64,000 nucleotides of DNA from Patescibacteria group bacterium (GCA_041665345.1 JBAYJA010000001.1:457206-521205), one strand, 5' to 3'. Positions 8,894 through 19,661 are shown, counted from the first letter of the stretch. Notes: generated from the letters alone by a model not told the origin. Made by a program: numbers and translations.

Positions 8894-9991
8894 ATGCGAC
8901 GATTTTGGGGGGTCACAATCATTGCTGTGCTTGCGGTTGTGGGGACGCTTGCACTCATTGGGTGGAGCATTCGCACAACTGCTTTGCAAAGCACGCCGTG
9001 GAAAGCGGCGCTGCGCGATGGGCGAGTGTATGACCGTTTAATTACCGAAACATTTTCTTCTCTGGTTCGGGACCCCGGCGCATTCGGCGAGGTCTTTCAA
9101 GACACGCCGCTCTCTGCTGATGATCTCACCGTGCTGGCCCGGGAAGTGCTCACCGCAGACTACCTGCAAACCCAAACCGAGAATGGTCTGGATGTCCTTT
9201 TTGCTCTGCCCTACAGCCGGACAGGCTTGGCAGATGTCACGTGGATTATTCCGCTGCAGGATATCAAACGCCGATTGCCAACGGCAGTGGCCGATGTCAT
9301 TGAGAAAAAACTTGCCAAACTTCCTGTATGCACAGAAAAGCAGTTAGACGCTTTTGAGCAGGAGAAAACGCTGACCGATGGATTTCCATCATGCTTACCA
9401 AAAGGTGTTTCTGCAAAGTCCATTGTGACGCAAGCGGGGATTGTGGAGGACATTGCCAGTAGTATTCCAGAAACCTTCGATGTTGCCGCAGACCTGCGCA
9501 GCCGCGCCTTCAAAAAGGTGCAGTGCTCGTCAACTGCACCGGAAGATCCAAACCAGGGCTGCGTCCCAGAAGAAGTGACATTCAATGTGCAAACCCAAGT
9601 GCAAGGCATCCAAGATGCTCTCCGCTACTTGCAGACGTTGCACTGGACGCTCACCATCCTTGCACTTGCTTTGCTCACTGGTATCTTCACCATTTTCTTG
9701 CCGCACCTTCGCCGGAGCACATGGTGGTTGGGACTGGCAATGGTCATCCCTTCGCTTGTCGTTCTGGGTATTGCATCATTGGGCAGCGCGCTACTAGTGA
9801 GCGTCCGGCCAGCGGGAGATGATCCAGCAGAAAAATTTGTACAATCATTGGTCGTACCGGTTGTACAGAGTATTGGCACCTTGGCCGCAGAGCGTGCTCT
9901 GGTCTTTGGTGGCATTGGTGTGGCAGTTGGTATTGCTTGTTGCATTCTGGCTTTTGCCTTTCCCAAACCCCCACCCCGAAAAAATCCCTAA
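8894..9991 (+). CDS. Hypothetical membrane protein
   Basis: N-terminal TM, Cys-containing extracytoplasmic domain, three C-terminal TMs. Confidence 0.75.
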   Translation: MRRFWGVTIIAVLAVVGTLALIGWSIRTTALQSTPWKAALRDGRVYDRLITETFSSLVRDPGAFGEVFQDTPLSADDLTVLAREVLTADYLQTQTENGLDVLFALPYSRTGLADVTWIIPLQDIKRRLPTAVADVIEKKLAKLPVCTEKQLDAFEQEKTLTDGFPSCLPKGVSAKSIVTQAGIVEDIASSIPETFDVAADLRSRAFKKVQCSSTAPEDPNQGCVPEEVTFNVQTQVQGIQDALRYLQTLHWTLTILALALLTGIFTIFLPHLRRSTWWLGLAMVIPSLVVLGIASLGSALLVSVRPAGDDPAEKFVQSLVVPVVQSIGTLAAERALVFGGIGVAVGIACCILAFAFPKPPPRKNP

Positions 9992-10021
9992 GCACCACTC
10001 CGTGTGCTAAAATACCTGCAT

Positions 10022-10453
10022 ATGAAAAACCCCTCCCAAAAGAAATCTGCAAATCGGTTCGCCGTCGCAATGTTTCTGTTGGTGCTGACGGTTGTCCTCC
10101 TCCTTGCCCTCGTCTGCTTCCGGGGTTTCTGGGCGAAGCTGCAGCGCAGCCAGCACTACCAAGCCGTATTCCTCACCAATGGGCAAGTGTACTTTGGGAA
10201 GTTGCAGAGCTGGAGCCGGCACGAAGTCTTGCTGACTGATGTCCATTACATTCAGGTGGATGACACCAAGACTGAAGCGGAGAAGAAAACTGCAGCCACT
10301 GACCCGTCCACCCTTTCGCTCATCAAACTGGGGAGTGAGGTGTATGGGCCAACGAACCGGGTGTACATCAACAAAGAGCACATCCTCTTCACCGAAGATC
10401 TGAAGGACGCCTCCCAAGTAGTGAAGATTATCCAGGAGAATATTGGGAAGTAA
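10022..10453 (+). CDS. Conserved membrane-anchored hypothetical protein (YQAVFLxNGQVYFG family)
   Basis: TM followed by YQAVFLTNGQVYFG...LIKLGSE.YGP...INKEHILF.E. Confidence 0.75.
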   Translation: MKNPSQKKSANRFAVAMFLLVLTVVLLLALVCFRGFWAKLQRSQHYQAVFLTNGQVYFGKLQSWSRHEVLLTDVHYIQVDDTKTEAEKKTAATDPSTLSLIKLGSEVYGPTNRVYINKEHILFTEDLKDASQVVKIIQENIGK

Positions 10454-10474
10454 GAATCGAATTTTGTAGTTATC

Positions 10475-10507
10475 CCCACCCTTCTTCAGTGAAAGGGTGG
10501 GTTTTTT
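10475..10507 (+). terminator. Rho-independent terminator
   Basis: CCCACCCTT...AAGGGTGGG followed by TTTTTT. Confidence 0.75.
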
Positions 10508-10583
10508 GTTGGAGGTGAAAAAACCTTAGGAAACCTTGCCCTTGCCGGAATGGCCGGGGTGTGGCGTGGTTGACGAAGGTAGG

Positions 10584-10634
10584 AAAGTGGTGTAAAATGG
10601 GGATAGAGGGTTGAAAGTGGATAAAAGTGGGGAT
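10584..10634 (+). promoter_or_regulatory. MraZ-binding direct repeats in the dcw promoter region
   Basis: AAAGTGG-like units at 10-nt period upstream of mraZ, as known for MraZ operators. Confidence 0.7.
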
Positions 10635-10694
10635 AAGTACTTCCCCCTGTGCACAACCCCAAAAGTCCCATTCTGCTTCCTAATGACGAACCGC

Positions 10695-11126
10695 ATGTTT
10701 ATTGGCGAATACAACCATGCAATAGATGACAAAGGCCGATTGGCCATCCCGGTGAAGTTCCGGGAGCGCTTAACCCACGGGGCGGTCGTCACCCGCGGCT
10801 TGGATAAGTGCCTTTTTGTGTACCCGCAGCGGGAGTGGGCGCAGCTGGCGGATAAGCTTTCCCGTTTGCCCATTTCTCAGGCCAACACCCGAGCCTTTGC
10901 GCGTCTGATGCTGGCTGGAGCAATGGAGTTGGATATCGACAAGCAGGGCCGTGTGGTCTTGCCTGACTACCTGCGGAAGTACGCATCAGTGAAGAAGAAG
11001 GTGGTGGTGGCAGGTTTGTACAACCGGTTGGAACTCTGGGATGACACCACCTGGCAGAAGTACAAAGCTGGAACCGAGAAGAGTTCAACAGATATCGCTG
11101 AAGCCCTGGGTAGCCTGGGCGTGTAA
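10695..11126 (+). CDS. mraZ: Transcriptional regulator MraZ
   Basis: MFIGEYNHAIDDKGRLAIP; DKQGRVVLP. Confidence 0.97.
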   Translation: MFIGEYNHAIDDKGRLAIPVKFRERLTHGAVVTRGLDKCLFVYPQREWAQLADKLSRLPISQANTRAFARLMLAGAMELDIDKQGRVVLPDYLRKYASVKKKVVVAGLYNRLELWDDTTWQKYKAGTEKSSTDIAEALGSLGV

Positions 11127-11141
11127 CCTGGAGCGGCGCCC

Positions 11142-12119
11142 ATGCTTGGCCGCACTCCAGCGCACATCCCTGTTCTTTCCAAAGAAGTTCTCCTGGCTCT
11201 AGCTCCGCAAGCAGGGGAGCACACTATTGATTGCACTCTGGGTCTGGGCGGCCATGCAGAAATGCTCCTGACCGCTACGGCGCCAACCGGACGTTTGCTG
11301 GGCATTGATCGAGATGCCGAAGCGCTGGCGCAGGCAAAAGTACATCTTGAGTCATTCGGTGAGCGAGTGCGCACTGTCCAAGGCACATTCGCTGACATTG
11401 CTAGTTTGGCAGCATCTTTTCCAAAACCAAATCTCATTCTTGCGGATTTAGGCCTTTCCAGTTTTGCGCTGGACACCCCCAGCCGAGGTTTTTCTTTCCA
11501 AGCAGATGGGCCGCTGGATATGCGGATGGACAAGGGTCAGGGCGCAACTGCGGCTGAGCTCCTCCAAAGCATTTCTGCCGCAGAGCTAGAACGCATCTTG
11601 CAAGAGTACGGCGAAGAGCCCAAGAGCCGGGCCATTGCTAAAGCAATCATTGCCAGTCGTGAGACCCACCCGATAGCGACCACGGGGGAGCTCGCGAGTG
11701 TCATTGATGCGACGTACCGGCAGATCCTCCACGCACCCGCAGACCGGCCACTGTGGCTGGGACGGAAAGTGCATCCTGCCACCCGAACTTTTCAAGCTTT
11801 ACGCATTGCCGTCAACGACGAACTTGGCCAGCTCACCCCATTTCTGGGTGAAGCCTTCGCTCTCCTGGCCCCTGGAGGTCGGCTGGCCATCATCAGCTTC
11901 CACTCGTTGGAAGACCGGCTGGTGAAGCAGTTCTTCCGCGAGCAAGCCAAAACCTGCGTCTGCCCACCGGAGCAACTGCAGTGCACCTGCGACCGCCAAG
12001 CCAACGCGCAGCTCCTCATTCGCAAGCCCATTGTTGCAAGCGAAGCTGAATTGCAGGCAAATCCTCGGAGCCGGAGTGCCAAACTTCGGGTCATCAAAAA
12101 ACTTTCTCCCGCCTCGTAA
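11142..12119 (+). CDS. rsmH: 16S rRNA C1402 methyltransferase
   Basis: HIPVL, DCTLGLGGH, LDMRMD, TRTFQALRIAVN, SFHSLEDR, NPRSRSAKLR. Confidence 0.97.
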   Translation: MLGRTPAHIPVLSKEVLLALAPQAGEHTIDCTLGLGGHAEMLLTATAPTGRLLGIDRDAEALAQAKVHLESFGERVRTVQGTFADIASLAASFPKPNLILADLGLSSFALDTPSRGFSFQADGPLDMRMDKGQGATAAELLQSISAAELERILQEYGEEPKSRAIAKAIIASRETHPIATTGELASVIDATYRQILHAPADRPLWLGRKVHPATRTFQALRIAVNDELGQLTPFLGEAFALLAPGGRLAIISFHSLEDRLVKQFFREQAKTCVCPPEQLQCTCDRQANAQLLIRKPIVASEAELQANPRSRSAKLRVIKKLSPAS

Positions 12120-12128
12120 TCCACGTCC

Positions 12129-12479
12129 ATGTCAAAATTTTCCACCCTCATTGCAAAACTCCGCAACCGCCAGCATACTGGCCGGTCTGTGCAGGCGTTG
12201 GGTGGATCCAACCTGGTCGTCATGCTGGGCGCAGTTGTCCTGCTCCTGGGAGTGGTCTACCTCATCCAAGTAAATCGCAGCGCCACCAAGAGCTTTGCTG
12301 TGCATGACCTGGTGCAGCAGCACGATCAACTCCAGGCCCAGCGCCGGGAACTGGAACTCGCGCAGGCACAGCTGTCAGCCCTTTCTACACTCCAAGATAC
12401 GCCGGCCGTGGCCAGCCTGGTTCCCAGCAGCACGCCGGAATTTCTCACCGCTGGTGTGGGCCCAGTGGCCCGGCGGTAA
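12129..12479 (+). CDS. Putative FtsL-like cell division protein
   Basis: TM plus coiled coil, located between rsmH and a PBP gene. Confidence 0.65.
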   Translation: MSKFSTLIAKLRNRQHTGRSVQALGGSNLVVMLGAVVLLLGVVYLIQVNRSATKSFAVHDLVQQHDQLQAQRRELELAQAQLSALSTLQDTPAVASLVPSSTPEFLTAGVGPVARR

Positions 12480-12494
12480 TTTCCACACTTTGCC

Positions 12495-14249
12495 ATGGTG
12501 CATCGGACGCAACGACGTTCGACCTCGCCCGCTCGCCGCGACCGCCTGAAGATCCTTCACGTGGTCGTGCTTGCGTTTGCGGGAATTATTGCCGTGCGGC
12601 TGTTCACGTTGCAGGTTCTGCGGCACGGTGCGTATGCTGCGATTGCCGAGAACCAGCATAACCTCAGTTCCAAGCTCACGCCGAATCGGGGAGAAATCCG
12701 GGTGAAAGACCGGGCTAACCCCGGGGTGCTGTTTCCCTTAGCCACGAATATTGACGCGCCGCTCCTCGTAGCTGTGCCCAAGAGTATTGCGGAGCCAAGT
12801 GACGTGGCGCAGAAGCTTGCCCCCATTGTGGGGCTGCCGGTAGCTGAACTGTTCCCCAAGCTCAGTAAACCAGATGACCAGTACGAAGTGTTGAAGCGCC
12901 AACTCTCGCCCACGGAAGTTTCTGCCGTTGAAGCGCTACACATTACGGGATTACGTTTTGAGAAAGAACGTTTGCGTTACTACACGGAGGGGAATCTCGC
13001 CAGCCATGTGGTGGGCTTTGTGGGGTACCATGAAGACACGCGGGTGGGGCTCTACGGCGTGGAAGCTGCAATGGAGAAGGCACTCGCTGGGATCAAAGGG
13101 AAGCTAGACTTTGGGAAATCCGCGGCTCAAGAATTTTTACCCGTTAGCGGGGGATTGCTGACCGAAGCAATCAACGGTTCCCAAGTGACACTTACTTTGG
13201 ACCACACTGTGCAGTACCAGGCATGTAATAAGTTGAAAACTGCGGTGGCGAAGCACGGCGCTGATGGCGGTGCCTTGGTTATTATGGAAGTGCAAACCGG
13301 CCGACTCTTGGCGGTGTGCGGGCAGCCCGACTTTGATCCCAACCAGTATGCCAAGACGGAGGATATTGCCGCGTTCAATAATCCGGTGGTCTTTGGGGCG
13401 TACGAACCTGGTTCCATTTTCAAAGCCATTACCATGGCCTCGGGTTTGGATCTGGGTAAAGTGACGCCGCAGAGTACGTACGTGGACACCGGGGCGGAAA
13501 AAATTGGTAGCTTCACTATTCGCAACTCGGATGGGAAAGCGAACGGCACGCAGACCATGACCCAAGTTTTGGAAAAGTCATTGAACACTGGAGCAATGCA
13601 CGTTGCCCAACTGGTTGGCCAGGGTGGTTTTGGGAAGTACGTGCGGAATTTTGGCTTTGGGGAAAAAACCGGGGTGGAAATGAGCGGGGAAGTTGCAGGG
13701 AACCTGGCGTCCCTCACCAAGCCCGGGGATATTTTCTTGGCAACCAATTCTTTTGGCCAAGGTTTGACAGCCACGCCCATCCAGCTCGTTGCCGCTTTTG
13801 GCGCAATTGCAAATGGGGGGAAGTTAATGCAGCCGTACGTGGTGGATGATATTACCTACCCAGATGGGAAATTAGAGAAACGGGAACCCAAGGTCGTGCG
13901 CCAAGTCCTACGGTCAGACACGGCTGCAACATTGGGAGCCATGCTGGTGAATGTCGTGGAAAAAGGGCATGGGCAGCGCGCCGGGGTGAAGGGGTACTAC
14001 GTGGCTGGAAAAACTGGCACCGCCCAAATGCGTGCCGCTACAGGCTCTGGCTATGACGCGAATAAAACCATTGGCTCCTTTGCTGGCTTCGCTCCGGTAG
14101 AGAATCCAAAGTTCGTCATGCTTACGCGCATAGACGTGCCAAAGGACGTGCAATTTGCTGAGAGCTCTGCGGCGCCACTGTTTGGAGAGGTGATGGATTT
14201 TCTGCTGAAGTACTACGACGTCGCCCCAACGCGGAATCTTGCCGGGTAA
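12495..14249 (+). CDS. ftsI: Class B penicillin-binding protein (FtsI/PBP2 family)
   Basis: EPGSIFK (SxxK), SLN, KTGTAQ motifs; N-terminal TM; dcw context. Confidence 0.88.
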   Translation: MVHRTQRRSTSPARRDRLKILHVVVLAFAGIIAVRLFTLQVLRHGAYAAIAENQHNLSSKLTPNRGEIRVKDRANPGVLFPLATNIDAPLLVAVPKSIAEPSDVAQKLAPIVGLPVAELFPKLSKPDDQYEVLKRQLSPTEVSAVEALHITGLRFEKERLRYYTEGNLASHVVGFVGYHEDTRVGLYGVEAAMEKALAGIKGKLDFGKSAAQEFLPVSGGLLTEAINGSQVTLTLDHTVQYQACNKLKTAVAKHGADGGALVIMEVQTGRLLAVCGQPDFDPNQYAKTEDIAAFNNPVVFGAYEPGSIFKAITMASGLDLGKVTPQSTYVDTGAEKIGSFTIRNSDGKANGTQTMTQVLEKSLNTGAMHVAQLVGQGGFGKYVRNFGFGEKTGVEMSGEVAGNLASLTKPGDIFLATNSFGQGLTATPIQLVAAFGAIANGGKLMQPYVVDDITYPDGKLEKREPKVVRQVLRSDTAATLGAMLVNVVEKGHGQRAGVKGYYVAGKTGTAQMRAATGSGYDANKTIGSFAGFAPVENPKFVMLTRIDVPKDVQFAESSAAPLFGEVMDFLLKYYDVAPTRNLAG

Positions 14250-14272
14250 CCAAAGTGTGCTAGGGTAAGCCC

Positions 14273-15562
14273 ATGAAAAAACTTTTCCTCACCATCCTGC
14301 AGTGGAAGCTCACCTTTTTAGCCAAACGGGTGCTGCTTCGGTACGCACCAAAAATTGTGGCGGTGGGTGGCTCGGTTGGTAAGACTTCAGGGGTGCAAGC
14401 AATAGCTATTGCTTTGCAAACGGAGTACAACATTGGGCAAACTTTGCGGAGCTACAATCAGGAGCTCGGTGTTCCACTTTCCATACTTCGTCAAGAAACC
14501 GGTTACCGGTCACTGTGGCGCTGGCTATCTATTCTGTATACCGGCGCAAAGCTGGTTTGGGGGAAGGTAGATCCAACCTACCCAAATTTACTGGTGCTGG
14601 AATTGGGCGCGGACAAGGTGGGGGACATGGATCGGCTGCTAGCCTGGATTCACCCAGATATTGCCGTGGTCACTGCGGCAACCATTGAGCATGTTGAATT
14701 CTTTGGCAGTATCCAAGCTGCAGTAGTGGAAGAGCAGAAATTAGCCATGCTCGCTCCACGCACCAGCACCGTCATTCTAAATAGTGATGACCTGGAGCTC
14801 TCCCGTATCGCTACAAAAATCCAAGGGCAGGTTATTCGGTACGCAGTCAGCGGCAACGCGGAAGTTGTGGTTGGCCACGCACGGATAATGGGTACCAACG
14901 CCAGTGACGTGCAGGGGATTGCTGCCAAAGTGCTGGTAGACGGCAGTGCAATTCCAGTAGTTATTACTGATACGCTTGGAACACATTCCTTCTACGCCAT
15001 TGGTGCGGCATTTGCCGTAGCCAAGTCGTTGCAACTCAATCTCGCCAAGGTTTCCGAAAACCTGCGAGCGTACCAACCCCCAGCTGGTCGCATGCGGTTG
15101 ATCAGAGGGATAAAGCAAACGCTCATTATTGACGATACCTACAACTCTTCACCCGCTGCAGCCAGAGCCGCAGTAGATACCCTCCACCAGCTCAGCACGC
15201 CTGGCCAGAAGTTTGCCGTACTAGGGGATATGCGTGAACTTGGTTCGGTGAGCGAAGCAGAGCATGCATCACTTGGGCAGTACGTGGTTGGGAAGGCAGA
15301 CATCCTCATCACAGTCGGTGAATCTGCGCGTGATATAGCTCGTGGGGCTCAGGCAGCAGGCATGGATACAGACAAAGTTTTCAGCTTTGGCAAGGCGGAA
15401 GAAGCGGGGAGGTTTATCCAAGACCGGATGCACACCGGGGATCTCCTACTCATCAAAGCGTCACAAGGCACGCGGTGCGAGAAGATCGTGAAGGAAATTA
15501 TGGCTGAGCCACTGCGAGCAAAGGAATTGCTGACGCGGCAGTACAAACCGTGGGTGGAGTAG
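14273..15562 (+). CDS. murF: UDP-MurNAc-tripeptide D-Ala-D-Ala ligase
   Basis: GSVGKTS, NQELGVP, DDTYNSSP, LGDMRELG. Confidence 0.9.
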   Translation: MKKLFLTILQWKLTFLAKRVLLRYAPKIVAVGGSVGKTSGVQAIAIALQTEYNIGQTLRSYNQELGVPLSILRQETGYRSLWRWLSILYTGAKLVWGKVDPTYPNLLVLELGADKVGDMDRLLAWIHPDIAVVTAATIEHVEFFGSIQAAVVEEQKLAMLAPRTSTVILNSDDLELSRIATKIQGQVIRYAVSGNAEVVVGHARIMGTNASDVQGIAAKVLVDGSAIPVVITDTLGTHSFYAIGAAFAVAKSLQLNLAKVSENLRAYQPPAGRMRLIRGIKQTLIIDDTYNSSPAAARAAVDTLHQLSTPGQKFAVLGDMRELGSVSEAEHASLGQYVVGKADILITVGESARDIARGAQAAGMDTDKVFSFGKAEEAGRFIQDRMHTGDLLLIKASQGTRCEKIVKEIMAEPLRAKELLTRQYKPWVE

Positions 15563-15647
15563 GGGAGGGGCGTAATACGGTTTACGGTTTCGCAGCCTGT
15601 ATCGTTTAACGTATTCGTCTTACGTTGTCCGTAATGACATTTTACCT

Positions 15648-15672
15648 CCAGAGCGGCTTTTCCAAGCCGCGG
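15648..15672. repeat. Dispersed palindromic repeat, copy 2
   Basis: CCAGAGCGGCTTTTCCAAGCCGCGG. Confidence 0.6.
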
Positions 15673-15800
15673 GGTTGGGATTATCCCGAAGGTAAGCTAG
15701 GTTATTTTTTGCAAAAAAACCTGATTTGAGAATTGACTGTGGAAAGGGACGTGCTAGGATCAAACTACGTTTTTTGCGGCTGAAATCTTGAGGAGGAATT

Positions 15801-16037
15801 GTGCGATCTCTCAAAGTATCTACGTGGCTAGCCAGGGTTAGCTTAGCTGGCCTCATCATTATCGCTTGTTTTTTACCACTATCGCTTTGGATTGTATTCG
15901 CAGGTGGAGTAGTCTTGTTCATTGTACTAGAACTTGTTGTAAGAGCATGTTGGCAGGCTCACTACAAAGTAAACTATCGACGGATAGTTCAGAAATATGG
16001 TACGACTGCGAACCGTGAGCCTGGGATGTATGACTAG
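15801..16037 (+). CDS. Small membrane protein
   Basis: SD GAGGAGG, GTG start, two TMs, terminator-like hairpin at 16052-16082. Confidence 0.65.
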   Translation: MRSLKVSTWLARVSLAGLIIIACFLPLSLWIVFAGGVVLFIVLELVVRACWQAHYKVNYRRIVQKYGTTANREPGMYD

Positions 16038-16132
16038 ATCATCAGAGTAATAGCCGCTTGGTAATCAAGCGGCTTTTCTTTTGTCCGCCTATGGAGGAAA
16101 GCCGTGGATGCTTGTGGTGCTGTTCCAATCTG

Positions 16133-16429
16133 TCATTGCGGGCGTAATAGTCCAAACGTGTGGCTACTGTGGATGGAGGTGTAGGTACCAGCGGAAGTAG
16201 GTTGCACGCTTGGGCGGCCGCAACAGAATAAGGGAACACTTTTGCAAAAAAATCCAGGTATCACTTGGGATACCTGGGAAGTTGCATCTGGCGGCTTATT
16301 TAGCCGGTTGATAACCGCACTCACCGCGAAGGTAACGATTACCACTCCGACGATGATGGAAAGAATCAGCCACCAAATCGACTGCTTCTTTGGCAATTGG
16401 TGAATTCTGGTCTGTTCACCTGGACTCAT
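16133..16429 (-). CDS. Small single-TM hypothetical protein
   Basis: SD GGAGG, upstream TATACT, one TM. Confidence 0.55.
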   Translation of the reverse strand: MSPGEQTRIHQLPKKQSIWWLILSIIVGVVIVTFAVSAVINRLNKPPDATSQVSQVIPGFFCKSVPLFCCGRPSVQPTSAGTYTSIHSSHTFGLLRPQ

Positions 16430-16530
16430 ATTTCCTCCGTTTGTTTTTGGTTAACTCAGGAGTATAGGCTAATTCTCCATAAATGTCAAGGGCTTTGACC
16501 CCAACGAAGAAGCGCCGTACACTGGAGGAT

Positions 16531-17688
16531 ATGGAACGAAAAAGCCCCAACGATTTGCTCACCCGCGGCGTGGCTGATGTCATTGTCCGGAAGGACTTGG
16601 ACAAGCTCCTGGCGTCCGGTCATCCACTGCGCATCAAGCACGGGGTTGACCCCACCCGGCCTGACCTGCACCTGGGACACGCGGTGATTTACCGTAAGCT
16701 CCGGCAACTGCAGGATCTCGGGCATACCATCATCTTTCTCATCGGTGATTACACTGCCCGGTTTGGGGATCCCACAGACAAGGTGAAGTCGCGCATTTTG
16801 CAGAAGAAAGAAGATGTTGCAGCTGCGGCCAAATCCTACGTGGACCAGATTGGGATGATTTTGAATAAGCAGAAACTGGAAATCCGGTACAACAGTGAGT
16901 GGTATGAGAAAATGACTGCGGAAGAACTGCTGCGAATCATGAGCAGGTTTACCGTCTCGCGCATGTTGGAACGCGATATGTTCGTGGCGCGGAAAAAAGC
17001 CGGGGAGGAAATTGGCTTGCACGAACCCGTGTACCCGGTGCTGCAAGCCTACGATTCAGTGATGCTCAAGTCTGACTGTACGGTCATTGGCACAGACCAA
17101 ACCTTCAACGAGCTTCAAGCTCGGCCGTTGCAGGAATTCTTTGGCCAAAAGCCGCAGCAGGTGGTCACGCTAAAAATTCTGCCTGGCACAGATGGCAAAG
17201 ACAAGATGAGTAAGTCCTTGGGAAATGACATTAAGCTCACCCTCAGTCCAGAGGATATGTTTGGCAAGCTCATGTCCATTCCTGATAGCGCCATGCCTAT
17301 CTTCGCCGAATTGCTTACCGACTTACCGCTGGCGGAGTTTACTAAACCCAAAGATCCCAAAGCTGCGAAGGTAAAACTCGCCACCACCATCGTCGCGGAA
17401 TTTCATTCGCCAAAGCATGCAGCAAAAGCTGAAGAGCATTTCAACCGGGTCATCGTTGGGAAGCAGGCGCCAGAAAAGGTTCCAACGAAGACTATCCAAG
17501 GGAAGGAATTGAAGTCTGAAGCAGACATGGTTGCCTTCCTCTTTGGGGTGAGCAAGTCCGAAGCCCGGCGGCTCATACTGCAAAAGGCCGTGGAGTGCGA
17601 CGGTCAGAAAGTGATTGACCCAAATGCGCGGCCAGTCCACGGGGTGTACAAAAAAGGCCGGCACTACATGCGGCCGGTGTTGAAATAA
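16531..17688 (+). CDS. tyrS: Tyrosine--tRNA ligase
   Basis: GVDPTRPDLHLGH, YPVLQAYD, KMSKS, C-terminal S4-like domain. Confidence 0.96.
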   Translation: MERKSPNDLLTRGVADVIVRKDLDKLLASGHPLRIKHGVDPTRPDLHLGHAVIYRKLRQLQDLGHTIIFLIGDYTARFGDPTDKVKSRILQKKEDVAAAAKSYVDQIGMILNKQKLEIRYNSEWYEKMTAEELLRIMSRFTVSRMLERDMFVARKKAGEEIGLHEPVYPVLQAYDSVMLKSDCTVIGTDQTFNELQARPLQEFFGQKPQQVVTLKILPGTDGKDKMSKSLGNDIKLTLSPEDMFGKLMSIPDSAMPIFAELLTDLPLAEFTKPKDPKAAKVKLATTIVAEFHSPKHAAKAEEHFNRVIVGKQAPEKVPTKTIQGKELKSEADMVAFLFGVSKSEARRLILQKAVECDGQKVIDPNARPVHGVYKKGRHYMRPVLK

Positions 17689-17724
17689 TTTTCATTGTTT
17701 GGTAGGGTATTGAGGACGCAATTT

Positions 17725-17811
17725 GGGCGGATACCGAAGTGGTCAAACGGGGCAGACTGTAAATCTGCTGGCCTTGCGCCTTCGTAGGTTCGATCCCTAC
17801 TCCGCCCACCA
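17725..17811 (+). tRNA. tRNA-Tyr (GTA)
   Basis: GGGCGGA/TCCGCCC acceptor, anticodon loop CTGTAAA, long variable arm, GGTTCGA T arm, encoded CCA. Confidence 0.96.
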
Positions 17812-17905
17812 ATTCTTCATCGAAGATTCTTGACACGTGATGTTGAACGTGGTAAAACGTTTTTTTGTACCTTACAAATCAAATAACTGTGAAAGGACGG
17901 AAAAG

Positions 17906-18973
17906 GTGACTCCAAACGTCATAATCATTGGTGATTTTTTGAAAGATTTAGATGACGAGCATGCGTTGGTGCTGGCGGCGGCAATGCATCGGTCAGATTT
18001 AATCAACCTCCGGTGCGTTATTGGTAACCTTGCCCCGGCGGTTGTCCGAGCGCAGGGAGCGAAAGCTACTTTGGTCCAGCTGGGTTTGCCGAATATCCCA
18101 GTTGGCGTAGGCCTTCCAGTGTACATAGGGAAGTTCCATCCCTATGAGCACGACTTGCCCTACATCGCATCTGGAGTCGATGTTCATGAGGATGGTCAGG
18201 CTCTCCTCGTGCGGACATTACAGGCTTGTCCAGATAACAGCGTGATTCTCGTGCTCCAGTCTGGCCTTACAGATGCCGCACAGCTTTTGCGAGACCATGA
18301 AGATTTATGCCGTGAGAAACTTATGCATGTGGCAATCATGGGTGGCGTGGAATTTGTTGATGATTTCATGGTCCCGAATAATGCCAGCAATAATTCTTTT
18401 GATTGGGAAGCTGCCGTCTGGCTGCATAGAAGATTGCAGGAGTTGGACATCCGAATGGTTATCACCACCCGTGAAGCGGCGTACGCTGTCCAGTTTCCAC
18501 TTTCAGCATATAGTACACTTTTGCGTACTGGTCACCCTGTAGCTGAATGTTTGTACGCACGTCAGTTGCAATCCTACCAGCGTACGTGGATTGAGTCTTG
18601 TGGAGCGCCTGGATCAGAAGAGCGCGGGTCTCTACCACTTGATCGTGATCGGCAGTGGTTTATAAGAGTCTACTGCAACGGTGCGGATCCAGGCATAGCT
18701 GATGGCGCAGACATTACCCCATTCGTGACCGGATTCAACCTATACGATTCTCTTAATCTTTGGGCCGCACTCCCAGAGAATCTCCAACTTAGTGATTACT
18801 TTTTGCCGATTATAGTGCGTGGGATGAAGGCGCAACATTGCATTGTTGGTTATAACTCTAAATTGCATGGCGTGACTAACCCAGAGGCACTGCGCGCTAT
18901 GTTATTGGAGATGGAAGTCCTTGCATTTTCACATTCTGTGAGTAACCAAGAAAAACGAGCGATCATAACTTAG
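17906..18973 (+). CDS. Nucleoside hydrolase (IU-NH) family protein; start uncertain
   Basis: N-terminal D...DLDDEHAL, IMGG, NNSFDWEAA, LYDSL motifs. Confidence 0.7.
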   Translation: MTPNVIIIGDFLKDLDDEHALVLAAAMHRSDLINLRCVIGNLAPAVVRAQGAKATLVQLGLPNIPVGVGLPVYIGKFHPYEHDLPYIASGVDVHEDGQALLVRTLQACPDNSVILVLQSGLTDAAQLLRDHEDLCREKLMHVAIMGGVEFVDDFMVPNNASNNSFDWEAAVWLHRRLQELDIRMVITTREAAYAVQFPLSAYSTLLRTGHPVAECLYARQLQSYQRTWIESCGAPGSEERGSLPLDRDRQWFIRVYCNGADPGIADGADITPFVTGFNLYDSLNLWAALPENLQLSDYFLPIIVRGMKAQHCIVGYNSKLHGVTNPEALRAMLLEMEVLAFSHSVSNQEKRAIIT

Positions 18974-18992
18974 GTTTTTAATGAGCACTTTC

Positions 18993-19020
18993 AAGACGCA
19001 GGACAACCTGCGTCTTTTTT
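18993..19020 (+). terminator. Rho-independent terminator
   Basis: AAGACGCAGG-ACAA-CCTGCGTCTT followed by TTTT. Confidence 0.8.
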
Positions 19021-19281
19021 AGCAAAAAAAGAAATAACCGGAGTAGGTACTTTTCTGTAGATCTGTTTCCCTTCAAGGGTCTGAGGACTCTTCAGGGTCT
19101 CAGAAGTCGCTTTGGGTTATGTACAGTCCAGAGGCTAAAGCCTCTACTCCAAATGAAAATCCGCTAATACATTTCATCGTTGTTGGTTGTATGTAATGTA
19201 GATGGAGTTGACTTTAGGGCTCCTTTTGCTAATCTAAGAAATCAGTAGAAAAATAACAAAAATAGAGTAAGGAGCATATGC

Positions 19282-19539
19282 ATGCAAACAAAAAACGATC
19301 GAGATTTTGGTCCAGATTTCGACCCATTCTCACGCGGTGCGCTTGAGGAACAACGGGCGAAGCTGCGAGCAGAGGCGGACGTGCATTTTGAAAAAGTGTC
19401 GGAGATTCTGCGTCAGAATGTTCGCCGAAGTCGGGCATTAGCCAGAGCTGCCCAAGCTAAGCAAATTGCAGCCAGTCAAACCCAGGCACAGCCACTGCCC
19501 AAGAAACACAAGAGGACAAAAAGGAAGGCCTCAAAATAG
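19282..19539 (+). CDS. Small basic hypothetical protein
   Basis: SD AAGGAG; 85 aa. Confidence 0.5.
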   Translation: MQTKNDRDFGPDFDPFSRGALEEQRAKLRAEADVHFEKVSEILRQNVRRSRALARAAQAKQIAASQTQAQPLPKKHKRTKRKASK

Positions 19540-19661
19540 TACCCAGATTACTCAGTGTATGAGCGTAGGAAATTCTACGCTCATTTTCATTTGGTTCTAT
19601 AGCCTTGACCCCAAAGCGTCCTTCACCTACACTTTCCCAAAACACATGCACAGGAGGTTTG